Assembly: GCA_049642705.1 (NCBI GenBank)
Contig: JBARPB010000004.1
Coordinates: 1 to 44,370 of the forward strand
Origin: Candidatus Omnitrophota bacterium
GTDB lineage: Bacteria; Omnitrophota; Gorgyraeia; JABMRN01; RBG-13-46-9
Direction of reading: 5' to 3'
DNA length: 44,370 nucleotides
The notes below the pieces were generated by a model. It worked only from the letters and a program-made list of their open reading frames with translations. It had not been told where the DNA came from and made no database searches. Of this stretch, positions 34,804 to 44,370 are shown one piece after another. A program made the translations under genes and the position numbers. Position 1 is the first letter of the stretch, and each line of letters starts with the position of its first letter.

Positions 34804-36057
34804 ATGCTAAAGGCGAGAAAGACTTTTTGTCGTAGTGCGCTAATTTTGTTAGTCCTTTTTATGTTGCATTCTGCAGCATACGCTGGAAATGGGATAAGGC
34901 TAATCGGTTTTGGGCCCATCCAGCGCTCTATGGGAGGAGCGAGTGTTGCCGTTCCCCTGGATTCCGCGACCACAATAACTAACCCTGCCGGCATGAAAGA
35001 CGCAGGAAGGCGTTTTGACCTCGGCCTTACCATCGCGCACGCGGAAAGCAAATATGACGCAACGTCCAATCTTTTCGCCGGGATTCCGCTTGTCCTCCAG
35101 AGCGGCGCTACCATGGAGTCCGATGCGAGGCCGTTTCTGGTACCGGCTATCGGAGTTATCTTTCCGCTGGATAATCAGTTTACCGCGGGCGTCGGCTGTT
35201 ACGGCGTTTCCGGAGTATGCACGGATTACCCGAGGAACCTTTATAATAACATCACCTACGTAAAGTACCAGGCTCTGAAAATAGCGCCGGCGCTTTCTTT
35301 CTCTTACGAGGACATTTTTTCGGTGGGCGTAGCCGCTAATATAGATTACGCGACCATGGATTATGAAGCTGCCACGCCCGGCAACATAAGGCATGCGAAC
35401 GGCAAATCAGCCGGTGGAGGCTACACGATAGGAGTCCTGGTAAAACCGATGAACGGCTTAGATATTGATCTGCCGAAAGACGTTTTTACCGTGGGATTCG
35501 CCTTTGAGAGCGAACAGTGGTTTGCGGATTTTGTTTATGATACCATCAAAGGGGTTGACAAACTTTCATTTAATCTTCCTCCTACGGTCACGTTGGGTTT
35601 TGGGTTAAGGCCTATAGATAGCCTTCGCCTGGCGCTCGACATTCAGTGGATCCATTGGTCCGATGTCCTCGGCCATAACAAACCAAGATATAATGTAAAT
35701 CATAGCGGGGCCGCCGCGTGGGATGCGAACTGGCGCGACCAGACCGTGTACAAACTCGGGCTCCAGTACAATTTGCTTAAGAATGTTGCCGTGAGAGCCG
35801 GTTACAACTACGGCAAACATCCCTTGAGGGTAGAACGTCCGTTCGAAAACATCGCTATACCCGCCATTACCCAGCACCATATTACAGCCGGTGTCGGGGT
35901 GGACGACATTATTGTAAAGGGTCTCGGTCTCAACGTAGGTTTTGTCATTTCGCCGGATACTGTTATGAGCACGCAAAATGCCGGCACTTTTATAAACAAC
36001 GCGCACATAACGACGATGTCATACAGCATCGACGCCGGGATTACGTATAAGTTTTAA
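34804..36057 (+). CDS. FadL/OmpP1/TodX family outer-membrane hydrophobic-compound transporter
   Basis: Signal peptide, GFGPIQRSMGGASVA...TNPAGM N-terminal hatch motif, beta-strand pattern, C-terminal ITYKF. Confidence 0.8.
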   Translation: MLKARKTFCRSALILLVLFMLHSAAYAGNGIRLIGFGPIQRSMGGASVAVPLDSATTITNPAGMKDAGRRFDLGLTIAHAESKYDATSNLFAGIPLVLQSGATMESDARPFLVPAIGVIFPLDNQFTAGVGCYGVSGVCTDYPRNLYNNITYVKYQALKIAPALSFSYEDIFSVGVAANIDYATMDYEAATPGNIRHANGKSAGGGYTIGVLVKPMNGLDIDLPKDVFTVGFAFESEQWFADFVYDTIKGVDKLSFNLPPTVTLGFGLRPIDSLRLALDIQWIHWSDVLGHNKPRYNVNHSGAAAWDANWRDQTVYKLGLQYNLLKNVAVRAGYNYGKHPLRVERPFENIAIPAITQHHITAGVGVDDIIVKGLGLNVGFVISPDTVMSTQNAGTFINNAHITTMSYSIDAGITYKF

Positions 36058-36080
36058 GAGATCGAATTACGTATTGAGGC

Positions 36081-36112
36081 AACGGGGCAAGAGCTTTCTT
36101 GCCCCGTTTTTT
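36081..36112 (+). terminator. rho-independent terminator
   Basis: AACGGGGCAAGA / TCTTGCCCCGTT 12-bp stem with loop GCTT, then a T-run. Confidence 0.85.
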
Positions 36113-36147
36113 ATTTGCTTTTTATATAGCGTAATGATATATTGATA

Positions 36148-36156
36148 TGATATAAT
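36148..36156 (+). promoter_or_regulatory. extended -10 element TGaTATAAT upstream of tRNA-Pro
   Basis: TGATATAAT at 36148-36156, 14 nt before the tRNA 5' end. TGATAT occurs three times in 36135-36153. Confidence 0.45.
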
Positions 36157-36170
36157 TTCGTTATATGTAT

Positions 36171-36244
36171 CGGGGCGTGGCTCAGCTTGGTAGAGCGCTT
36201 GGTTCGGGACCAAGAGGTCCGCGGTTCGAATCCGCGCGCCCCGA
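36171..36244 (+). tRNA. tRNA-Pro (anticodon CGG), CCA not encoded
   Basis: Hand-folded: acceptor CGGGGCG/CGCCCCG (C1-G72, typical of bacterial tRNA-Pro), anticodon stem CTTGG/CCAAG with loop TTCGGGA, T stem CGCGG/CCGCG, discriminator A followed by CTC. Confidence 0.9.
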
Positions 36245-36264
36245 CTCTTTTAGGTGAGGTAAGC

Positions 36265-36690
36265 ATGAAAAGACTAGTTGTTCTACTTTTACTCGTATTC
36301 CTATGCGGGTGCTCGGCGATGCAGATACGGCAGATCTTTTTGGGCATGTCCGCCGAGGACGTCGAAAACTCGGAGAAAAAATACGCGAAAACCCTCGATC
36401 TCGACGCCGCTTACTGCTATAAGACGGCTCTTAAGTCCGTAAAGGATATGCAGGCGCGGACAATACACGAAAAGCCGGAAGAATATTTTATTGTCGCAAA
36501 CAGATTCGATAAGGCCTACACGCTTTGCATAGATACAACCGAGCTCGGCATACTTATCGTGCCGCTCGAAGACGATAAGTCCCGCATAGAAGTTGCCTCG
36601 GGTAATTATAGCCTCGCCAGGTTTGTATCGGAGGAGCTTTTCAGGAAGCTCCAAGAGCAGGAAAAACTGCACAAGGAAGGAAAGCGTTGA
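36265..36690 (+). CDS. lipoprotein, function unknown
   Basis: AGGTGAGG RBS and MKRLVVLLLLVFLCG|C lipobox. The ORF-track extension to 36187 runs through the tRNA and is rejected. Confidence 0.7.
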   Translation: MKRLVVLLLLVFLCGCSAMQIRQIFLGMSAEDVENSEKKYAKTLDLDAAYCYKTALKSVKDMQARTIHEKPEEYFIVANRFDKAYTLCIDTTELGILIVPLEDDKSRIEVASGNYSLARFVSEELFRKLQEQEKLHKEGKR

Positions 36691-36977
36691 AGACCACTCA
36701 GAAACGCGTACACATAATATATTCGGGAGCCGTGCATGGTGTGGGATTTCGGTTCACCGCAGAAGAAATTGCTAATTCGCTCGGGCTTAAGGGATCAGCT
36801 CAGAACTGCCCCGACGGGACCGTGGAGGTTATTGTGGAAGGCGAAGAGAGCGACATAGCAAGTTTTATGGATAGAATCAAGAAGGCCATGGGGTCTTACA
36901 TCCGTTCAAGCAAAGTAGAACGGCAGGAAGCAACGGGGGAATTTGATAGTTTTGGAATAAAGTTTTATTACGAATGA
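36687..36977 (+). CDS. acyP: acylphosphatase
   Basis: SGAVHGVGFRFT and NCPDGTVEVIVEG motifs, 96 aa. Confidence 0.88.
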   Translation: MKTTQKRVHIIYSGAVHGVGFRFTAEEIANSLGLKGSAQNCPDGTVEVIVEGEESDIASFMDRIKKAMGSYIRSSKVERQEATGEFDSFGIKFYYE

Positions 36978-37699
36978 GATACGGAATAATCGGCGACATA
37001 CACGGAAATTTAGAGGCATTCGAGACCGCACTTGAGGCCCTTTCCCATGAGAGAATAGACAAGTATCTTTGCGTCGGTGACATAGTGGGTTACGGCACGG
37101 ACCCGCGCGAATGCATAAAAATGACAAGGGACTTAGGTGCCGTTACCGTATGCGGAAACCACGACGCGGCATGCATCGGTCGTGCGGATATCAATTATTT
37201 TAACAACCCAGCCCAAGCGGCCATTATGTGGACAAAACAAACCTTAAGCGAAAATGACCTAGCTTTTTTAAAGGGCCTGGACCTCACCTACAGAAATGAG
37301 CATCTTACGTTAGTTCACGGGACATTAGCGGAGCCGGAGGAGTTCCACTACATGTTTGACGGGGTCGCCGCGCGTGGGACATTAAACCTCATGGAAACGG
37401 ATATCTGTTTTGTCGGCCATTCCCACATGCCGGGTATTTTTTTGCTTAGGAACGGCGGCCTGAAATATTTCTATAAAGAAAAGACAAAAATGTCCAGGGA
37501 TGAAAAATTAATCGTTAATACGGGCAGCATAGGACAGCCCAGGGACGGCGACCCGAGGCTGTGTTACTGCGTATATGATACGGATACGGGTTTCGTGGAG
37601 CTAAAAAGGATTCAGTACGATATAGAAAAAGCCCAAAAGAAGACCTTAAAAGCGGGCCTGCCGGCGTTTCTTGCGTACAGGCTGGGCGTGGGGGTCTGA
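36974..37699 (+). CDS. metallophosphoesterase family protein
   Basis: GDIHGN, GDIVGYG, GNHD and GHSH motifs. Confidence 0.85.
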   Translation: MRYGIIGDIHGNLEAFETALEALSHERIDKYLCVGDIVGYGTDPRECIKMTRDLGAVTVCGNHDAACIGRADINYFNNPAQAAIMWTKQTLSENDLAFLKGLDLTYRNEHLTLVHGTLAEPEEFHYMFDGVAARGTLNLMETDICFVGHSHMPGIFLLRNGGLKYFYKEKTKMSRDEKLIVNTGSIGQPRDGDPRLCYCVYDTDTGFVELKRIQYDIEKAQKKTLKAGLPAFLAYRLGVGV

Positions 37700-40226
<2,527 letters not shown>

Positions 40227-40239
<13 letters not shown>

Positions 40240-40760
40240 AAACGTTTGTTGTGGGCCCACTCCAGACAAACTGCTATTTGGTCTATGATGAGGACGGAAA
40301 AACAGGTTTCCTGATTGACCCGGGGCTATTTGACAAAAGGATAACCGAAGAGATCAAAAAAAACGGCATCCACATTAAAAATATCATAAACACCCACAAC
40401 CATCCCGACCATACCTCAGGGAACAGCAGGTTCGGATACCCCGTTTTAATTCACGCCGATGACGGCGGAACGCTAAAAAACGGGGATATAATAAGCGACG
40501 ACAGTATATCGTTTGAGGTTATTTACACGCCCGGCCATACCCTGGGAAGCATCTCGCTCAAGATGGGAAATGTAATTTTCACGGGGGACACGCTTTTCAA
40601 AGACGGCGTGGGAAGGACAGATCTTCCCGGCGGAAGCGAGAAAGAGCTGGTAAATTCCGTGAAACGCTTGATGGAATTTGACCGCAGCACCAAGATCCTG
40701 CCGGGCCACGGCCCGTCATCGACTATCGGAGACGAGAGGAAAGCATGCTTGAACTGGTAG
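40227..40760 (+). CDS. MBL-fold metallohydrolase (glyoxalase II-like)
   Basis: HNHPDH zinc motif, TPGHT, GDTLF, GHG. Confidence 0.88.
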
Positions 40761-41632
40761 ACCAATTCCTGGATTACCTTTCGGTTGAAAGAGGCCTTAG
40801 CCAGAATACCGTTAAGAGTTACAGGCATGACCTGGCGAGATTCACGGAGTACCTTGCCTCCCGCCGCATCGGGAAGATAAAAGAGGCAACCAGGCGCGAT
40901 GTATCAAAATACCTTTATTTCCTGAAAGACAAGGCCCTTGCTTCGAATTCTATCGCGAGAAACCTGGCGGCGATAAAGGTTTTTTATAGATTTTTAGTGG
41001 CGGAGAGAATCATAAAGGAGGACGCCGCCGCAGCGCTGGAATCACCGCGCCTCGTGAAGGGGCTTCCGGAAGTGCTGAATACGAGCGAAGTGGCAAGGAT
41101 GCTTGAGGTGCCTGATAAAAGGGACTCCCTTGGCGTCAGGGATAAAGCGGTTTTGGAACTCATGTATGCTACGGGCATGAGGGTCTCCGAAATGACCGAT
41201 CTTCTCCTGGGGAATCTGAACCTGGATGTCGGATTTATAAGGTGTAAGGGAAAGGGCGGAAAGGAGAGGATTATACCCGTAGGCAGGCAAGCCAAATTTG
41301 CCATGGAAAAATACCTGGAAAAATCGAGGCCGAAACTGTCCGGCAGCCCCGAGGACAAGCATTTATTTCTGTCGCGGCTGGGGAGGAAAATCTCGAGGCA
41401 AAGTTTGTGGAAAATGCTGAAGAAATACGCGAGGACAGCGGGTATAAAGAGAAAAATTAGCCCACACACCCTAAGGCATTCCTTCGCGACACACCTCCTG
41501 GAGAAGGGGGCGGACTTAAGAAGCGTCCAGGAGATGTTGGGCCACGCGGATATTTCTACGACGCAACTTTACACGCATATCAACAAGGCAAGGCTTAAGG
41601 GGATACATAGGAAGTACCACCCGAGAGGATAA
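40745..41632 (+). CDS. xerD: site-specific tyrosine recombinase XerD/XerC
   Basis: N-terminal SAM-like domain (FLDYLSVERGLSQNTVKSY), catalytic R...HTLRHSFATHLL...LGH...Y. Confidence 0.9.
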   Translation: MLELVDQFLDYLSVERGLSQNTVKSYRHDLARFTEYLASRRIGKIKEATRRDVSKYLYFLKDKALASNSIARNLAAIKVFYRFLVAERIIKEDAAAALESPRLVKGLPEVLNTSEVARMLEVPDKRDSLGVRDKAVLELMYATGMRVSEMTDLLLGNLNLDVGFIRCKGKGGKERIIPVGRQAKFAMEKYLEKSRPKLSGSPEDKHLFLSRLGRKISRQSLWKMLKKYARTAGIKRKISPHTLRHSFATHLLEKGADLRSVQEMLGHADISTTQLYTHINKARLKGIHRKYHPRG

Positions 41633-44302
41633 ATGGACTTAATCGTAACGCATAATAACGCTGATTTTGACGGATTTAGCTCTCTCGTAGCGGCGAAGAA
41701 GCTTTACCCCAATTCGAAGCTTTTGATGCCGGGTTCGCAGGAGAGGGCCGTGAGGGAATTTTTATCCCTTGTCAAGGATAAGATAACCGTAGAAACCGAA
41801 AGGAGATGCGATTTAACCGACATAAACCGGCTCGTCATCGTCGACACGAGGCATGCCTCAAGAATAGGGATAGCGGCGCAGTTACTCAAAGCCCCATCCG
41901 TCGAGGTGCACATCTACGACCACCACCCGCGCACCCCATACGACATAAAAGGGGATAAGGACGTATTTCAGGAGGTCGGGGCTACCGTTTCCATACTGAT
42001 AGACCTTTTAAGAAAGCGAAAAACCGTGAAATTTACCCCTCTCGAGGCAACCATAATGCTGATCGGCGTCTACGAGGAGACCGGCTCGCTCACGTACAGG
42101 ACGACAACAAAGCTGGACGTGGACACAGTGAGCTTTCTCCTTTTCAAAGGCGCCAACCTGCAAGCGGTTTCGTCGTACCTTAACAGGAAACTGACGGAGG
42201 AGGAACTTACGTTTCTGATATCGCTTATCAGTTCGACGAAAGTTTCCAGCATAAACGGCATTAACGTAGCCTTTTCGGAAGGCACGATAGAGCGGTTCAT
42301 AGGGGAACTCGGCACGATAGTGCGCAAACTCCAGGACGTGGAGAATTTCCCGGTGCTTTTTGTCCTTTTTAAAATGGGCAAAAAGATAAGAATAATAGCG
42401 AGAAGCAGCCTGAAGGAGGTGGACGTCAACAAGGTCCTTGGCTCTTTCGGCGGCGGCGGCCACAGAAGCGCCGCAAGCGCTAAAATCGAAGATGAGGATA
42501 TCAAAGCCGTCAGGAAAAAACTCGAAAACATTCTAAAATCAAACATAAAGGTGAGGATTTTCGCGCGCGATATCATGACCCGTTCCGTCGTAACCATTCC
42601 AGCCGATAAGAAGATTGCGCAAGCGAAAAAGATGCTTGATAAATCCCGGCTTAAAGGAGCCCCTGTTACGAAAAACACCCGCATAATCGGCATGATCACG
42701 ATGGGCGATATCCAAAAAGCCCTGAGGTACCGCTACGGCCACGCATCGGTTGCGGGATACATGTCGCGCTCGGTTATCACGATAAAACCGGACACGCCCA
42801 TTCACGTGATACAGAAGATAATGTTCGAAGAGGATATAGGAAGGCTCCCTGTCCTTCTGAATAAAAAGCTTATGGGAATAGTCACGCGCACCGATGTTTT
42901 AAAAAGCGTGCACAGGGACATATTCAGAAAACACAGGCCCCTTAAAAAGAAACCCCGTGCGCGATTTAACATATCCACCAAGATGAAAAGAGTTTTGCCG
43001 GGACAGATCCTTAAACTCCTTCACGTTATCGGCCGCCTGGCGGATAATGAAGGGTTCAGGGCTTTTGTGGTAGGCGGGTTTGTGAGGGATATACTCCTTA
43101 AGGTGAGGACTTTTGACATGGATATCGTCGCCGAAGGCGACGCCATTTCCTTCGGCAGGAAAGCGGCGGATCTACTCGGCGGAAGCCTCGTCGCCTACCA
43201 CAAATTCGGGACCGCCACCGTCGTCATGAAACAGCGCCGCCGAGGGACGAAATTCAAGATAGATTTTGCTACCGCGAGAAAGGAATCTTATGAAAAACCC
43301 GCGGCCCTGCCCACAGTGGAGTTCAGCTCGCTTAAGGACGATTTGCAGCGCAGGGACTTTACGATAAACGCGATGGCGGCGAGCCTCAACAAGTCGAGCT
43401 TTGGCCAGCTTATCGACTTTTTCGGGGGCGAGAAGGATCTGGAAAACGGTGTTATCAGGGTGCTTCACGACGCCAGCTTCATAGACGACCCGACGCGCAT
43501 ATTCAGGGCCGTCAGGTTTGAGCAGCGGTTCGATTTCCGCATAGACAGGTACACCGAGGGCTTTATAAAAAATGCCGTACGCGAAGGCATGTTTTCGCGC
43601 ACCCAGCACCATAGGATCCGCGACGAGCTCGTGTTGATGCTGCAGGAAGAGGAGCCCATAAAGGCCATATTGCGCATGAAGGAGCTTCACGAACTGCGCT
43701 TTATACATAAAAAAATAAAGGTGGGTAAACCCACAGAGAACCTTTTCGCCGCGATAAAAGAAGCCTTGCGGTGGTACAATAAAAGCGCATTCAGGAGAAG
43801 GCACATAGATCTGTGGCTTATATATCTCGCGGCGCTTATGGAAGGGCTGAATTTCGGGGAGACAAAGGCCGTATGCGAAAAATTCGCATTCAGAAGAGGC
43901 GATTGCATGAGGCTCCTCTCGTGCAAGAAGAATTGCCTAAAGGCGCTGAGGGCCCTTTCCTGGAAGGAGCTTCTTTCAAGCAGGGTTTACGGCATTCTGG
44001 AGCCGCTCTCGTTCGAGGAGATACTGTTTATAAGGGCTAAGACGGAAAATAAGCCCCGTTCGAAAGTCTCTTTCGAACGGGGCAAGCTTGCGCGCTCGAG
44101 GATAACGGACTTTTTCTCAGGGTACAACCGGATAAGGATTAAGATAGGCGGGGAGGACCTGAAGAAACTTAAGATTAAACCCGGCCCGCTATATACAAAA
44201 CTCCTGACGAGGGTATTGCATAAAAAGATTGACGGCGGGTTGAAGACGAAGAAAGACGAGCTGGAATACGTAAAGAGGCTGGTACGGGGATGGTCCGAGT
44301 AG
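41633..44302 (+). CDS. DHH/DHHA1 phosphoesterase - CBS pair - class II tRNA nucleotidyltransferase (CCA- or A-adding / poly(A) polymerase family) fusion
   Basis: THNNADFDG, DHH (YDHH) and GGGH motifs. Two CBS repeats. GGFVRDILL...DMDIV, RRDFTINAMA, DDPTRIFRAVRF head-domain motifs. 889 aa. Confidence 0.88.
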   Translation: MDLIVTHNNADFDGFSSLVAAKKLYPNSKLLMPGSQERAVREFLSLVKDKITVETERRCDLTDINRLVIVDTRHASRIGIAAQLLKAPSVEVHIYDHHPRTPYDIKGDKDVFQEVGATVSILIDLLRKRKTVKFTPLEATIMLIGVYEETGSLTYRTTTKLDVDTVSFLLFKGANLQAVSSYLNRKLTEEELTFLISLISSTKVSSINGINVAFSEGTIERFIGELGTIVRKLQDVENFPVLFVLFKMGKKIRIIARSSLKEVDVNKVLGSFGGGGHRSAASAKIEDEDIKAVRKKLENILKSNIKVRIFARDIMTRSVVTIPADKKIAQAKKMLDKSRLKGAPVTKNTRIIGMITMGDIQKALRYRYGHASVAGYMSRSVITIKPDTPIHVIQKIMFEEDIGRLPVLLNKKLMGIVTRTDVLKSVHRDIFRKHRPLKKKPRARFNISTKMKRVLPGQILKLLHVIGRLADNEGFRAFVVGGFVRDILLKVRTFDMDIVAEGDAISFGRKAADLLGGSLVAYHKFGTATVVMKQRRRGTKFKIDFATARKESYEKPAALPTVEFSSLKDDLQRRDFTINAMAASLNKSSFGQLIDFFGGEKDLENGVIRVLHDASFIDDPTRIFRAVRFEQRFDFRIDRYTEGFIKNAVREGMFSRTQHHRIRDELVLMLQEEEPIKAILRMKELHELRFIHKKIKVGKPTENLFAAIKEALRWYNKSAFRRRHIDLWLIYLAALMEGLNFGETKAVCEKFAFRRGDCMRLLSCKKNCLKALRALSWKELLSSRVYGILEPLSFEEILFIRAKTENKPRSKVSFERGKLARSRITDFFSGYNRIRIKIGGEDLKKLKIKPGPLYTKLLTRVLHKKIDGGLKTKKDELEYVKRLVRGWSE

Positions 44303-44304
44303 GC

Positions 44305-44370
44305 GTGTTAAAAATAGATTTCCATGTTACGAACAGCATGTCTTTAAAAGGAAAAAGATTTGTCCTTGAG
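44305..44370 (+). CDS. 5' fragment of a DUF503 (YlxP-like) protein, truncated by the window edge
   Basis: GTG start 3 nt after the previous stop. VLKIDFHVTNSMSLKGKRFVLE resembles the DUF503 N-terminus (..SLKeKR..). Confidence 0.45.
   Translation, partial: MLKIDFHVTNSMSLKGKRFVLE

Noticed and set aside
36187-36264. ORF-track 5' extension of the lipoprotein gene (start at 36187). Similar extensions occur at 133, 2171, 10995, 16452, 18543, 21209 and 31583.
   Set aside because: The 36187 extension reads straight through tRNA-Pro. In the other cases the extension overlaps the upstream gene or lies upstream of the predicted promoter. In each of them an internal start with a better RBS, signal peptide or conserved N-terminus exists.
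40745-41632. Tyrosine recombinase as a marker of an integrated mobile element
   Set aside because: The sequence has the XerD-type N-terminus and catalytic motifs. It is embedded with overlaps among housekeeping genes of host-like composition. No flanking att-like repeats or phage/IS genes are visible.
42070-43804. Minus-strand ORFs of 209 aa and 210 aa within the DHH-CBS-nucleotidyltransferase gene
   Set aside because: These are antisense shadows. The + strand frame carries all diagnostic DHH, CBS and nucleotidyltransferase motifs.

Overview
A 44.4-kb chromosomal segment from what looks like an uncultivated diderm bacterium (it has LpxA, a FadL-type transporter and a beta-barrel porin ending in F). 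All ~45 protein genes and both tRNAs lie on the + strand, many with 1-35 nt start/stop overlaps. Most of the content is housekeeping. It includes a GuaB-related protein, DnaE, HU/IHF, HisS, AspS, and the block PhoH-PgpH-YbeY-DgkA(PAP2 fusion)-DUF502-RecO-GlyQS. These are followed by PpdK, a sigma-70 family factor, Apt, LpxA, an M48 peptidase, and an FMN-riboswitch-controlled rib operon (ribBA-ribH-nusB-PHP-ribD(deaminase only)-ribE). The right end carries a TIGR04073/FadL pair, AcyP, LigA, XerD and a DHH-CBS-tRNA-nucleotidyltransferase fusion. tRNA-Arg(CCT) and tRNA-Pro(CGG) are present. I found no CRISPR array, IS element, phage genes or recognisable defence system, and no compelling novel multi-gene system. 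The features worth following up are these. (1) The left-end accessory-looking pair: an orphan 640-aa secreted protein with mosaic GC, plus a small ORF cassette insulated by terminators. (2) A very AT-rich methyltransferase/zinc-ribbon gene whose 3' end runs into tRNA-Arg. (3) Short 7-nt-period TAAG-core tandem repeats sitting exactly in several translation-initiation spacers. (4) Two outer-membrane gene promoters that share an 18-nt block, one followed by a ~175-nt leader with its own terminator-like hairpin. (5) The unusual rib operon composition. All GC values are hand counts of sample 60-nt lines. All family assignments come from motif recognition by eye, not from searches.
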